A stretch of DNA of 64,000 nucleotides from Candidatus Omnitrophota bacterium (GTDB lineage Bacteria; Omnitrophota; Gorgyraeia; Gorgyraeales; Gorgyraeaceae): positions 23,109 to 87,108 of the forward strand of contig JAUSEX010000020.1 of NCBI GenBank assembly GCA_030649895.1, in the 5' to 3' direction. Below the pieces are notes generated by a model, which was not told the DNA's origin, searched no databases, and worked only from the letters and a program-made list of their open reading frames with translations. Positions 21,529 to 31,874 of this stretch are shown one piece after another (position 1 is the first letter of the stretch; each line of letters begins with the position of its first letter). Position numbers and translations under genes: made by a program.

Positions 21529-22257
21529 ATGATAATAATACCAGCGATAGACATTATTGGCGGCAAGGTTGTAAGGCTTGAAAAAGGCGATTTTGGCAAA
21601 GAGAAGGTTTACGCTTTAGATCCCGTGGAAACTGCAAGAGTGTGGGAATCCAAAGGCGCAGAATTTTTGCACATAGTTGATCTGGACGGGGCAAAAGAAG
21701 GCAAAATAAAAAACGCCAAGCTGGTGGTTAAAATCATAGAAGCCGTAAAGATACCATGTGAAATAGGCGGCGGCTTAAGGGATATAAGCGACATAGAGTA
21801 TTTTTTGAAAAAAGGGGCGGCTCGCGCAGTGGTCGGCACAAAGGCCTTTGAAGACACCGAATATTTCGAGAAGATTGTGCATAAATTTAATAAAAGAATA
21901 GTCGTTAGCGTGGATTTTTCAGATAACAAGGTTGTAAAAAAAGGCTGGCAGGAAAAGATAGACCTGAAACCGCTGGATGCCATCAGGTCCATGGAAAAGA
22001 TAGGCGTGGCGAGGATCGTGGTTACTGATATTAAGACGGACGGGATGCTGAAAGGCCCGAACTTAAAAAGATTAAGAGAGATTCTTGGCGCGACAAAGAT
22101 TTTAATAATAGCGTCCGGAGGCATTTCGTCTTTGGAAGACATAAAAGAGCTTAAGGAAATAAAAAACAATAGATTAGAGGGCGTTATTATCGGCAAGGCG
22201 CTGTACGAGGGCAGGATGGACCTGCGGAAAGCCATAGAGATCGCGAGACAACGATGA
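21529..22257 (+). CDS. hisA: ProFAR isomerase
   Basis: IIPAIDI, LHIVDLDGA, GGGLRD, TDI.TDGML.GPN, IASGGI. Confidence 0.97.
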   Translation: MIIIPAIDIIGGKVVRLEKGDFGKEKVYALDPVETARVWESKGAEFLHIVDLDGAKEGKIKNAKLVVKIIEAVKIPCEIGGGLRDISDIEYFLKKGAARAVVGTKAFEDTEYFEKIVHKFNKRIVVSVDFSDNKVVKKGWQEKIDLKPLDAIRSMEKIGVARIVVTDIKTDGMLKGPNLKRLREILGATKILIIASGGISSLEDIKELKEIKNNRLEGVIIGKALYEGRMDLRKAIEIARQR

Positions 22258-22304
22258 ACCTCGTTGGTTCTGCGTAACATTCCGCGCAGTTTAGCGGCAC
22301 CAAT

Positions 22305-23063
22305 ATGTTAACTAAGCGTATAATCCCATGTTTAGATGTTAAAAATGGCAGGGTTGTTAAAGGCGTAAAATTCCTGAATCTTAGGGACGCAGGAGACCCT
22401 GTCGAGGTTGCCCAGCTTTATGACAAAGAAGGGGCCGATGAGATAATATTTTTAGATATCACGGCTAGTTTCGAAAAAAGAAATATAATGCTGGATGTTG
22501 TAAAGAGGACCGCGGAGACTGTTTTTATGCCATTGACTGTGGGCGGAGGCATACGGAATTTAGAAGATATAAGGCAGTTGTTAAAGGCAGGGGCTGACAA
22601 GGTTTCTATAAATACGGCTGCTGTAAAAGACGTCAGGCTTGTAAAAAAAGCCAGCGAAAAATTCGGCAGCCAGTGTATAGTAGTTGCAATAGACGCCAAA
22701 AGAAGCGAAAAAGGGAAATGGGAAGTTTACATACACGGGGGCAGGACCTCTACCGGTATAGACGCTATTGAATGGGGCAAGAAAGTGGAAAAGATGGGCG
22801 CAGGAGAAATACTTCTTACAAGCATGGATATGGACGGCACAAAAGATGGTTATGATATAGAGCTTACAAGGAAATTTTCAGAAAGCTTGAATATTCCTAT
22901 AATAGCTTCAGGCGGGGCAGGAAACCTGGAGCACATATACAACGCGTTTACAAAAGGCAAAGCAGACGCAGCTCTTGCAGCGTCTATATTTCATTATAAG
23001 GAATATTCAATCATAGAAGTTAAGGAATATCTAAAAGAGAGAAAGGTGAGAGTGAGGGCATGA
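22305..23063 (+). CDS. hisF: Imidazole glycerol phosphate synthase cyclase subunit
   Basis: [33 protein letters not shown]. Confidence 0.98.
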   Translation: MLTKRIIPCLDVKNGRVVKGVKFLNLRDAGDPVEVAQLYDKEGADEIIFLDITASFEKRNIMLDVVKRTAETVFMPLTVGGGIRNLEDIRQLLKAGADKVSINTAAVKDVRLVKKASEKFGSQCIVVAIDAKRSEKGKWEVYIHGGRTSTGIDAIEWGKKVEKMGAGEILLTSMDMDGTKDGYDIELTRKFSESLNIPIIASGGAGNLEHIYNAFTKGKADAALAASIFHYKEYSIIEVKEYLKERKVRVRA

Positions 23064-23404
23064 AGAGCTTAGGGTTTAAGGTTGAAGGCTTAAAGTTTGA
23101 CAAGGACGGATTGATCCCTGCGATAGTGCAGGAATATGAGACCGGAGAGGTCTTGATGCTGGCGTATATGAATAAGGATTCCCTGAAGAAGACATTAAGG
23201 CTTAAAAAGACATGTTTCTGGTCAAGGTCCAGGCAAAAATTCTGGATAAAAGGAGAAACCTCTGGAAATTTTCAGGTTGTTAAGGCGGTTTATTATGATT
23301 GCGACATGGATACCCTGCTTATCAAAGTAAGGCAGATGGGAGATTGTGTCGCGTGTCATACGGGAAACAAGAGTTGTTTCTACCGTAAAATAAAAACTGC
23401 ATAG
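23060..23404 (+). CDS. hisI: Phosphoribosyl-AMP cyclohydrolase
   Basis: [33 protein letters not shown]. Confidence 0.96.
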   Translation: MKSLGFKVEGLKFDKDGLIPAIVQEYETGEVLMLAYMNKDSLKKTLRLKKTCFWSRSRQKFWIKGETSGNFQVVKAVYYDCDMDTLLIKVRQMGDCVACHTGNKSCFYRKIKTA

Positions 23405-23426
23405 ATAGCGGTTGGAGCGGTTGAAA

Positions 23427-24929
23427 ATGCATTATCCGTCAAAACAAGAATTTGTAAAATTAGCTGAGAAAGCTAATATAATACCTGTCTATAAAGAAAT
23501 ATTGGCAGATACATTGACGCCTGTTTCCGCCTTTCAGAAAATAGGCGGAGGATATTCGTATCTGCTGGAGTCTGTCGAAGGCCAGGAGAAGATAGCAAGA
23601 TTTTCATTTATAGGCATAGAGCCTTCTCTGATATTAAAAAGCAAAGGGAATTCTATCGAGATAAATAAAAACGGCAGGGTTAAAAAATATTTTACAGACG
23701 ATCCGTTAAAAGAAATTGAGAAAGTAATGAGTTCTTTTAAGGCAGCTGAAGTAAAAGGTCTTCCGAGGTTTTCAGGAGGCATGGTGGGGTATATGGGGTA
23801 CGATATGGTGAGGTTTTTTGAAAACCTGCCTGATAAAAATCCAGATAACTTAAAGATCCCGGATTCTGTATTCATGATGGCGGATAGCCTCGTGATATTT
23901 GATCACTCTACGCATAAGGTTAAGATAGTGATAAACGCGTATCTGGCTCAGGGCTTCCCCCGGCTTCGCTCGGGACAGGCAAGGCTCAAGGCTCAAGGGA
24001 TATACGAAAAAGCGGTAGAAAAGATAGAAGAGATTATAAAGAAATTAAACAAGCCTGAGAAAAAGCAAAAGGCAAAAATAAAAAGCAAAAAGCGCAAGAT
24101 GGAATCAAACTTTACAAAAAAAGAATTCGAAGGCTTGGTTAAAAGAGCGAAGGAATACATAAGGGCCGGGGATATAATACAGGTTGTGCCGTCGCAAAGA
24201 TTTCATACAAGGCTGAACTGCGGGCCGTTTGATGTTTACCGCTCTCTCAGGTCTTTAAATCCGTCGCCTTACATGTATTATTTAAATTTCGATGAACTGC
24301 AAATCGTAGGGTCGTCTCCTGAGCTTTTAGTAAGGTGCGAGGATGGTATAGTTGAGACCAGGCCCATAGCAGGCACGAGGCCGAGAGGCAGAAGCGAAGC
24401 TGAGGATAAAAAATTAGAGGAAGAACTTTTAGCTGACGCGAAAGAAAGGGCGGAGCATGTGATGCTGGTGGATCTTGGCAGAAATGATATAGGCAGGGTC
24501 TGCAAGCCTGGCAGCGTCAAGGTAACGGATTTTATGTTTATAGAAAAGTATTCTCATGTTATGCATATTGTTAGTAACTGCAAGGGCGTTTTGGATGAGA
24601 ATAAGAATTCGTTTGATGTTTTACGGGCGTGTTTTCCGGCGGGCACCGTATCAGGCGCGCCAAAGGTCAGGGCAATGGAAATAATAGACGAGCTTGAGAA
24701 TACAAGAAGAGGTTATTACGCCGGAGCAGTGGGGTATTTCAGCTTTTCCGGGAATATGGACACATGTATAACTATAAGGACGATGCTAGTCAAAGGGAAA
24801 GATGCTTTTATCCAATCAGGCGGAGGAATAGTGGCTGACTCTATCCCGTCTAAGGAATATCAGGAGACAGTGAATAAAGCAAAAGCAATGGTTAAGGCAA
24901 TTGAGATAGCCGAGAAAGGATTAGATTAA
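23427..24929 (+). CDS. trpE: Anthranilate synthase component I
   Basis: [49 protein letters not shown]. Confidence 0.97.
   Translation: MHYPSKQEFVKLAEKANIIPVYKEILADTLTPVSAFQKIGGGYSYLLESVEGQEKIARFSFIGIEPSLILKSKGNSIEINKNGRVKKYFTDDPLKEIEKVMSSFKAAEVKGLPRFSGGMVGYMGYDMVRFFENLPDKNPDNLKIPDSVFMMADSLVIFDHSTHKVKIVINAYLAQGFPRLRSGQARLKAQGIYEKAVEKIEEIIKKLNKPEKKQKAKIKSKKRKMESNFTKKEFEGLVKRAKEYIRAGDIIQVVPSQRFHTRLNCGPFDVYRSLRSLNPSPYMYYLNFDELQIVGSSPELLVRCEDGIVETRPIAGTRPRGRSEAEDKKLEEELLADAKERAEHVMLVDLGRNDIGRVCKPGSVKVTDFMFIEKYSHVMHIVSNCKGVLDENKNSFDVLRACFPAGTVSGAPKVRAMEIIDELENTRRGYYAGAVGYFSFSGNMDTCITIRTMLVKGKDAFIQSGGGIVADSIPSKEYQETVNKAKAMVKAIEIAEKGLD
23946..23998 (+). repeat. GCTCAAG heptamer array with a nested 24-bp hairpin element (23956-23979) inside trpE
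   Basis: gctcagggct[tcccccggcttcgctcgggacagg]caaggctcaaggctcaagg. Confidence 0.8.
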
Positions 24930-25013
24930 GCTTCTCGACTAAGCCGCTTCGTGGCTTCGCTTGAAGAGTGTTGTTCGAGCGAACGAAGCGAGTCGAGAAC
25001 ATAGGAGCAAAAT

Positions 25014-25577
25014 ATGATTTTAATGATAGATAATTATGATTCATTTACCTATAACCTGGTTCAGTATTTGTCTGAGCTGGGAGAAAAACTGGTTGTGCGT
25101 AGGAATGATAAAATAGGTATCGAAGAAATAAAAAAACTGAAGCCTGATCACATAGTGATCTCTCCTGGGCCTGGGAGGCCGAGCGAGGCTGGTATTTCAG
25201 AAGAGGTCATAGGAGAATTCGGGCCAAGGATTCCGCTTCTGGGAGTTTGCCTGGGGCATCAGGGCATAGGAGAGGTTTTTGGCGGCAAGGTTATTCGCGC
25301 GGAGAACCTTATGCACGGCAAAACATCGATGATATACCACAATAGCGACTCGTTGTTTAAAGATGTCTCCAATCCATTCGAGGCAACCAGGTACCACTCA
25401 TTGATAGTTGAAAAAAAATCACTGCCTGATATTTTTCAGGTCATAGCTTGGACAAAGGCTGATGAGATAATGGGTATTAAACATAAAAAATTTCCGATAT
25501 GGGGAGTGCAGTTTCATCCTGAGTCAATATTAACTAAGGAAGGAAAGCAGCTGTTGAAGAATTTTATTAACATATGA
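25014..25577 (+). CDS. trpG: Anthranilate synthase component II (glutamine amidotransferase)
   Basis: IDNYDSFTYNL, SPGPG, GVCLGHQ, QFHPES. Confidence 0.95.
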   Translation: MILMIDNYDSFTYNLVQYLSELGEKLVVRRNDKIGIEEIKKLKPDHIVISPGPGRPSEAGISEEVIGEFGPRIPLLGVCLGHQGIGEVFGGKVIRAENLMHGKTSMIYHNSDSLFKDVSNPFEATRYHSLIVEKKSLPDIFQVIAWTKADEIMGIKHKKFPIWGVQFHPESILTKEGKQLLKNFINI

Positions 25578-25648
25578 TACATTTTTCGTTCGGCGATCGG
25601 AACATTATTCTAATCGCCTAATGGAATTAGATCAAAATGGAGATTGTT

Positions 25649-26701
25649 ATGATTCGTGAAGCTATAGGCAAAATAGTAGATGGGTTGGATCTAACGCGAG
25701 ACGAGATGATTTCCTGCATGAATGAAATCATGACTGGCATTGCAACCCAGGCCCAGATAGGAAGTTTTATTACAGCCCTTAGGCTTAAGGGAGAGACAGT
25801 GGAAGAGATTACAGGCGCTGCTATTGTGATGCGGGAAAAAGCTACCAGGATAAACATTGCCGCTAACCTGATAGGCGCAAGCAAGGATGATATAGCTATA
25901 GACAGGGGGACGATTATAGACACATGCGGGACAGGCGGAAGCGGGGTCAATACCTTTAATATTTCAACAACGGTTGCTTTCGTAGTCAGCGGCGCAGGTT
26001 TGAGAGTGGCTAAACATGGAAATCGGGGCGTTTCAAGTGTATGTGGAAGCGCGGATGTCATCAAGGCACTAGGCGTAAACATAGAAATCCCGGCTGAAAA
26101 GGTAAGAGAATGTATAGAAAAGATAGGCATAGGATTTTTATACGCGCCTTCTTTTCATAATGCAATGAAGTTTGCGATAGGGCCCAGGAGAGAGATAGGC
26201 ATAAGGACGATATTCAATATACTCGGCCCTCTTACGAATCCTGCGAATGCCACGTGCCAGGTCCTGGGAGTATATGAAGAAGAGCTTACGGATAAGCTGG
26301 CAAATGTACTTAATAACCTGGGGACTAAAAGGGCGTTTGTTGTATATGGCATGGATGCGCTCGACGAGATAACTATAACAGGCAAAACTAAAATCAGCGA
26401 GCTAAAAAATAAAAAGGTAAAAGGGTATTACATAAAACCTCAGGACTTTGGCATGAAGAGAGCGGATCTCTTAGACATAAAAGGCGGGACTATAGAAGAG
26501 AACGCCGGTATTGTAAAAAAGGTCCTTGAGGGAGAAAAAGGCCCGAGGCAGGATGTAGTGCTGTTAAACGCGTCTGCCGCGCTTATTGCAGGCGGGATGG
26601 CAAAGGATTTTAAAGACGGGATTGAAATAGCCCGGGATTCGATTAAATTCGGCAGGGCAAAAGAGAAACTGGACAAGCTGGTAGAGCTTACAAATAAATA
26701 G
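25649..26701 (+). CDS. trpD: Anthranilate phosphoribosyltransferase
   Basis: DTCGTGGSG, NISTT, KHGNR, GPLTNP. Confidence 0.97.
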   Translation: MIREAIGKIVDGLDLTRDEMISCMNEIMTGIATQAQIGSFITALRLKGETVEEITGAAIVMREKATRINIAANLIGASKDDIAIDRGTIIDTCGTGGSGVNTFNISTTVAFVVSGAGLRVAKHGNRGVSSVCGSADVIKALGVNIEIPAEKVRECIEKIGIGFLYAPSFHNAMKFAIGPRREIGIRTIFNILGPLTNPANATCQVLGVYEEELTDKLANVLNNLGTKRAFVVYGMDALDEITITGKTKISELKNKKVKGYYIKPQDFGMKRADLLDIKGGTIEENAGIVKKVLEGEKGPRQDVVLLNASAALIAGGMAKDFKDGIEIARDSIKFGRAKEKLDKLVELTNK

Positions 26702-26796
26702 TTTGGTTCTCGACTTGGCCTTTGGCCTTGCTCGAACAATATTTTTCGAGAGGATATTTTCGATTATACATGTAAGCCTAGTCGAAAAGACAAGAT

Positions 26797-27594
26797 ATGA
26801 AAAATTTTCTGCAGAATATAATTATATTAAAGAGAAAAGAAATAGAAGCGTTAAAATCCAAAAGGCCTATTACGGAATTCATCGATTCAAAGCGTCTCTC
26901 TAGGGGTATAAGGCCGTTCAAAGAAGCTATCTCCGGAGGGGACGGCCTGAATCTTATCGCAGAGATAAAAAAGAAATCTCCTTCTTTCGGGAGGAATTTT
27001 TTCAGAAAACTGGACATAGCAGGAATAGCCAATACCTATAAAAAAGAAGGCGCCAGCGCCATGTCGGTCTTAACGGATAAGAAGTTTTTCAGCGGGAACA
27101 TCCTGCATATAAACGAAGTGAAGCGCGCCGTAGACCTCCCTGTACTGAGAAAGGATTTTATAATAGATGAATACCAGGTTTACGAGTCCCGTTATTTCGG
27201 CGCGGACGCGATACTTTTGATCGCCAGGATCTTATCAGTGGACCAGATAAAGAGTTTTATGCTTCTCGCGAAAAAGATTAATATGGACGCCATTGTAGAG
27301 ATCCATAATGAGAATGACTTGCAGAAGGCTTTATTGGCCAGTCCGGAGATAATAGGCGTGAACAACAGAGACCTGGACACTATGGAGATATCCATAGAAA
27401 ACACCTTAAGGCTTGTTCCTAAGATTCCTAAAGAGATAGTGACGGTAAGCGAAAGCGGTATATCCAACAATGAAGACATAGAGAAAATAAAGAAAACAGG
27501 GGTAAGCGCGGTATTGATAGGCGCGGCATTTCTTGAATCAGAGGATATAGCGGGCAGGGTGCGAAAGGTGATGGGTAATGAGAGTAAGGGTTAA
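26797..27594 (+). CDS. trpC: Indole-3-glycerol phosphate synthase
   Basis: IAEIKKKSPS, SVLTD, LRKDFI, GVNNRDL, SESGI. Confidence 0.97.
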   Translation: MKNFLQNIIILKRKEIEALKSKRPITEFIDSKRLSRGIRPFKEAISGGDGLNLIAEIKKKSPSFGRNFFRKLDIAGIANTYKKEGASAMSVLTDKKFFSGNILHINEVKRAVDLPVLRKDFIIDEYQVYESRYFGADAILLIARILSVDQIKSFMLLAKKINMDAIVEIHNENDLQKALLASPEIIGVNNRDLDTMEISIENTLRLVPKIPKEIVTVSESGISNNEDIEKIKKTGVSAVLIGAAFLESEDIAGRVRKVMGNESKG

Positions 27595-28225
27595 ATTTTG
27601 CGGGATAACGTCGGTTGAAGACCGCGACAGCGCAATAAGCGCGGGCGCTGATGCGATAGGGATTGTGTTTTTTAAAGATAGCCCTCGTTTTGTGCCATTG
27701 GAAAGAGCGGAGATAATAGTAAAGGATCTGCCGCCTTTTATAAGCGCGGTAGGCGTTTTTGTTAATGAAGATTTGAGGTTTATAGAAGAATGCGTGGAGA
27801 GGTGCAGCCTGAACGCCGTGCAGATACACGGCGATGAAGACGTTCAATATTGTTTAAAGTTTAAAGGTTTAAAATTGAGAGGCGTAAAACTAATAAAGGC
27901 TATAAGAGTCAAGGATTGGGAAAGCCTGGCAGCTATAGAAGATTGCCCCGCTGACGCTTTTATATTGGACGCATATAAAAAAGGCTTGTATGGCGGCACA
28001 GGAAAAGGCTTTGATCCTTCGCTGGCTACCATAGCAAATGAATACGGGAGAAATATTATCATATCAGGCGGGTTAAACCCTGATAATGTGTATAGTATAA
28101 TAAAGGAAGCAAAGCCTTACGGAGTGGATGTTTCCTCTGGTATTGAATCCTCTCCAGGGAAGAAAAACATAGAATTAATGGAGCGGTTCACAGTAGAAGT
28201 CAGGCTCGCAGAACAAGAAATATAA
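27578..28225 (+). CDS. trpF: Phosphoribosylanthranilate isomerase
   Basis: VKFCGIT, VQIHGDE, GGTG, SGGLNPDNV, GVDVSSGIE. Confidence 0.97.
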   Translation: MRVRVKFCGITSVEDRDSAISAGADAIGIVFFKDSPRFVPLERAEIIVKDLPPFISAVGVFVNEDLRFIEECVERCSLNAVQIHGDEDVQYCLKFKGLKLRGVKLIKAIRVKDWESLAAIEDCPADAFILDAYKKGLYGGTGKGFDPSLATIANEYGRNIIISGGLNPDNVYSIIKEAKPYGVDVSSGIESSPGKKNIELMERFTVEVRLAEQEI

Positions 28226-28495
28226 CCTTATCTAACGCAGTATATTAATCATACCCAAAATTGCCGGAATTCCCTCGCCGCAAACATAAATAGTCATAAT
28301 ATGGAAAAACTGGCTCGGTCAGTTCCGCCATTTGCTCGCTGTAATTTCTTGCGGACTTTTGCCGAAATTTTTCTAATGCGCCTCAGACCTGCTTGACAGG
28401 ACGAGTGACCCTTCGACAAGCTCAGGGTTCTTGGTCCCGAGCAAAGCTGGGGCGTCTTTTCGTAGGCCTAGTGGTAGGAAAGACAATAAGCTGAC

Positions 28496-28533
28496 TTGAC
28501 AAACCGCATAAGATCATTATACTTCTTTATACT
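28496..28533 (+). promoter_or_regulatory. sigma70-type promoter of the HTH-fadL operon with tandem TTATACT repeats
   Basis: TTGACA (28496)-16 bp-TATACT (28518); second TTATACT 10 bp downstream. Confidence 0.55.
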
Positions 28534-28563
28534 GCGACTTAAAGAGATATAAAGGGGTTTAAC

Positions 28564-28758
28564 GTGACTAAAGCCAAGCAGGTAATGACGGTTAAGGAAA
28601 TAGCGGAATATCTGGGCGTGCACCCTATGACAATATACAAGTATGTCAAGGACGGCAAGATCCCTGCTTTTAAAATAGGGACGAGCTGGCGTATTAGGAG
28701 AGATTCCATAAAGAAATGGATGGATGAGAATGAATACAAAAACCAGGGAGGTGTTTAA
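28564..28758 (+). CDS. Small excisionase/BldC-like (HTH_17) DNA-binding protein
   Basis: MTVKEIAEYLGVHPMTIYKYVKDGKIPAFKIGTSWRI. Confidence 0.9.
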   Translation: MTKAKQVMTVKEIAEYLGVHPMTIYKYVKDGKIPAFKIGTSWRIRRDSIKKWMDENEYKNQGGV

Positions 28759-30054
28759 ATGTTTAAGCGGGCTGCGATTGTCGCGTTTTTATCTTTTATC
28801 TTAACGGTTTTATCTTGCAGCGCTGTTTTTGCGAATGGTTTTAAGAATGACGCGCTTTTGGACACAGAAGCTACTGGTATGGCTACTTTATTTGTGGCGC
28901 AGGCAGATTCTCCTGCGGCAGTGCAGTTTAACCCAGCCGGACTTACTCAATTAAAAGGAAATCATGCAAGGGTGGGATATACCAGCGCAATCCCAAGGAA
29001 TTTCCGTACGGATACAAGCGGCAATGATCAAAGCAGCTCGCAAATAGACAATTTTTTCATACCTAGTATTTATCTTGTAAATAACTTGAAATCTGAAAAT
29101 TGGAAATTTGGTTTAGGCGTGACATCGCCTTACGGCCTTGGGACAGACTGGGCAGATGACAGTTTTGCAAGATTTCAGACCACAGAATCCAGTTTACAGG
29201 TTTTGCAGATAAACCCGACAATTGCGTATAAATATAATAATACGATTTCTCTTGGGTTTGGGATAGATTATATAATGTCAGAGACATCGAGTCATAAAAG
29301 AATAGCGGATACTACGGGTTTAGGGGATTTTCACGCAAAAGGTAACGATGATGGTTGGGGTTATAATTTAGGACTTCTTGTTAAGCCTTCGGAAAAATAT
29401 AGCATTGGGGTTGCTTATAGAAGCAGAGTAAAGCTTACCTATAAAGGCACTATTTCTATGACTAACTTGTCTAGCGGCATATACGGGTCCGGTGGTTTAG
29501 GATATTTCCCGAATGATACTTATGTAACAGGCATGGAATCCAGGCTTACCCTGCCTCAGACTCTTGCGTTAGGTTATGCGTTCAAACCGGATCAAAAATT
29601 AACAATAGAAACCGATGCCATATGGACAGATTGGTCTAGCGTACAAGAAGATTTCGCGAAATATACTGAAGAAGGAGATGCAAATCGATTAGCTGTTCTA
29701 AATGACGGTAATCCATTGGCAAAGGACTGGAATGCAACTATGTCATATGGTATAGCTGCTAAGTATCAGGCTACTGATAAATTGGTTTTAAGGTGCGGAT
29801 ATTTATATGCGGAAACACCTGTGCCTGCTGCTAATTTTGAGCCTTCCATGGTTGACATGGATATGCACTGCGTTAGCGTGGGAGCGGGATATGCTCTGAA
29901 AAAAGACCTTACTGTTGATGCTGCGTACTTCGGAGGATTTTATAAGGATAGATATATTACAAATGACATAGCCCTTTCTAGCGGTTCTGATTTAGACGGC
30001 ATGTATGAATCGTATGTAAATGTCTTTTCAGTAAGCTTCACTTATAAATATTGA
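28759..30054 (+). CDS. OmpP1/FadL-family outer-membrane transporter for hydrophobic compounds
   Basis: Signal peptide, AQADSPAAVQFNPAGL hatch motif, SPYGLGT, INPTIAYK, C-terminal aromatic residue (FTYKY). Confidence 0.88.
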   Translation: MFKRAAIVAFLSFILTVLSCSAVFANGFKNDALLDTEATGMATLFVAQADSPAAVQFNPAGLTQLKGNHARVGYTSAIPRNFRTDTSGNDQSSSQIDNFFIPSIYLVNNLKSENWKFGLGVTSPYGLGTDWADDSFARFQTTESSLQVLQINPTIAYKYNNTISLGFGIDYIMSETSSHKRIADTTGLGDFHAKGNDDGWGYNLGLLVKPSEKYSIGVAYRSRVKLTYKGTISMTNLSSGIYGSGGLGYFPNDTYVTGMESRLTLPQTLALGYAFKPDQKLTIETDAIWTDWSSVQEDFAKYTEEGDANRLAVLNDGNPLAKDWNATMSYGIAAKYQATDKLVLRCGYLYAETPVPAANFEPSMVDMDMHCVSVGAGYALKKDLTVDAAYFGGFYKDRYITNDIALSSGSDLDGMYESYVNVFSVSFTYKY

Positions 30055-30064
30055 TAATAGAATA

Positions 30065-30343
30065 ATGAAAAAAGCTAAAGATCTGAAGATAGCTGAATTA
30101 TCAAAGAAGAGGGAGAGCGTCAAGAAGTTAATAGCCGAAATCGCCAGGATGGATGCAGACAAGATAGATGAGAGCGATGGCATCAGGGATGATTTAGGCA
30201 TTGACTCCCTGATGGCAGTTGAGATGCTGGCAGCGATCGAAAAGAGATTGGGCGTTGTTATGGATGAAGCAAAGGCGTTTGACATAGTGACAGTAAAGGA
30301 TCTTATAGATCTTGTAATGGAGTGGTTTAAAAACAAAAGGTAA
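30065..30343 (+). CDS. Acyl carrier protein (dedicated)
   Basis: DLGIDSLMAVEM phosphopantetheine site; TVKDLID. Confidence 0.9.
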   Translation: MKKAKDLKIAELSKKRESVKKLIAEIARMDADKIDESDGIRDDLGIDSLMAVEMLAAIEKRLGVVMDEAKAFDIVTVKDLIDLVMEWFKNKR

Positions 30344-30411
30344 GATATATAAAACCGTAATTAACCGTGTAGGTTGCGCGCGACAAACCTATGCGGTTGG
30401 GGTGGTAAAAG

Positions 30412-31839
30412 ATGAACCTAGGTACCTCGCTTCATTGGGTTTCAACTAAGATGAAGGATAAGGCATGCCTGATTGAAGGCGCCATAGAGGTATCTTATTC
30501 AGAGTTATGGAAAAACATAGAAACGCTGGCAAAAGGTTTCCTGAAAATAGGCATAAAAGAAAATGATAAAGCAGTTATAATCCTTCCTAATTGCAAAGAA
30601 TTTATTTATAGTTTCTACGGTCTTGCCAGGATAAATGCAATAAGCGTACCGCTTAATACTTACTTGACTTCTTATGAATTAGATAAGATCTTCAAGGATT
30701 GCGACCCCAAGGTTATTATCACTACATATCAGCTATATAAAAAGAAGATATCTGCTATATCGAATAAAAATATATTAATAATACTCACTGATGAATCGTT
30801 AGAGCCTGGCAAGGACGGCCTATTTGAGTTAGGGGATTTGCTGGCGAAAGGCGGAACCGGAAGATTGCCGCGCTTCAGCGCGAATAATAATCAAATAGCT
30901 ACTATTAATTACACATACCGCGGTTTAGGAGAGGCTATTGGCGCGGTGCTCACGCACGGCAATTACCATCATGGCGCGATAGGGTATCTGCGGCTTACAA
31001 AACTTGTTACAACTCAACGCGTGTTATTAATAACCCCGATGTCGCATATCTTTACTCTGGTAAGCTGCGTTATTGTGCCTTTGTTGCGCGGCGCAACAGT
31101 CGTAATAATGAAAAGCTTTATTCCAAGCCATATATTCAAGGCAATAGAAGATCATAAGATTGATTTTGTTATAGCTGTGCCTACTATTTACATATCGCTT
31201 CTTAAAAATTACAAAAAGGGCCGTTTTGATATATCCAGTCTTAAATATGGAATAACAGGCGGCAGTTATCTATCCGAAAGCCTTAATAAAGAGATCAAAG
31301 AAGAGATGGGCATAGAATTATTGCAGGGTTACGGCCTCACAGAGACAATGCCTATAATGTGCAATCCTCATTCAAGAAATAAGATGGGCTCTCTTGGCGT
31401 AGCGGGCCATGAGGTAAAAGTTAAGATTGTAGACGGCGAAATATTAATAGGCGGGCCTACAGTCATGAGAGGTTACTATAATAAGAACGGCGAGAACAAA
31501 AAATATTTAAAAGACGGATGGTTTAAGACAGGGGACATGGGCTACATAGATGAAGAAGGGTATGTTTATTTTAAGGGCCTGAAAAAAGATATTATAAAGG
31601 TAGGCGGCAATAATGTTGATTTAACTGAAGTAAAAAACGTTTTAAATTCTTTCCCGGGCGCGCGGAATGTGCGCCTGGATATAGTAGGGGATGAATTATG
31701 GGGTCACAGGATACACGCGGAAATAACGGGCCCTTTCAAAAAAGAAGTCACGGATAAAGATGTAAAGGCGTTTTGCAGCGAGAGAATGGCTTTATATAAA
31801 ATACCAAAAAGGATATTAATAAGGATGAGCCGGGGTTAA
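30412..31839 (+). CDS. AMP-binding adenylate-forming enzyme (acyl-ACP/acyl-CoA ligase-like) with an atypical P-loop
   Basis: QGYGLTET, GEILIGGPTVMRGY, WFKTGDMG, YKIPK; YTYRGLG at the position of YTSGTTG. Confidence 0.85.
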   Translation: MNLGTSLHWVSTKMKDKACLIEGAIEVSYSELWKNIETLAKGFLKIGIKENDKAVIILPNCKEFIYSFYGLARINAISVPLNTYLTSYELDKIFKDCDPKVIITTYQLYKKKISAISNKNILIILTDESLEPGKDGLFELGDLLAKGGTGRLPRFSANNNQIATINYTYRGLGEAIGAVLTHGNYHHGAIGYLRLTKLVTTQRVLLITPMSHIFTLVSCVIVPLLRGATVVIMKSFIPSHIFKAIEDHKIDFVIAVPTIYISLLKNYKKGRFDISSLKYGITGGSYLSESLNKEIKEEMGIELLQGYGLTETMPIMCNPHSRNKMGSLGVAGHEVKVKIVDGEILIGGPTVMRGYYNKNGENKKYLKDGWFKTGDMGYIDEEGYVYFKGLKKDIIKVGGNNVDLTEVKNVLNSFPGARNVRLDIVGDELWGHRIHAEITGPFKKEVTDKDVKAFCSERMALYKIPKRILIRMSRG

Positions 31840-31874
31840 CCGCGTTTTATATTTAACAACCAAGAGGCATTAAT

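Noticed and set aside
18990-23430. his/trp leader-peptide attenuators or T-boxes
   Set aside because: Genes overlap or abut; no His- or Trp-rich leader ORFs were seen.
28564-28758. Prophage excisionase
   Set aside because: No integrase, att site or phage genes nearby; the gene is coupled to fadL.
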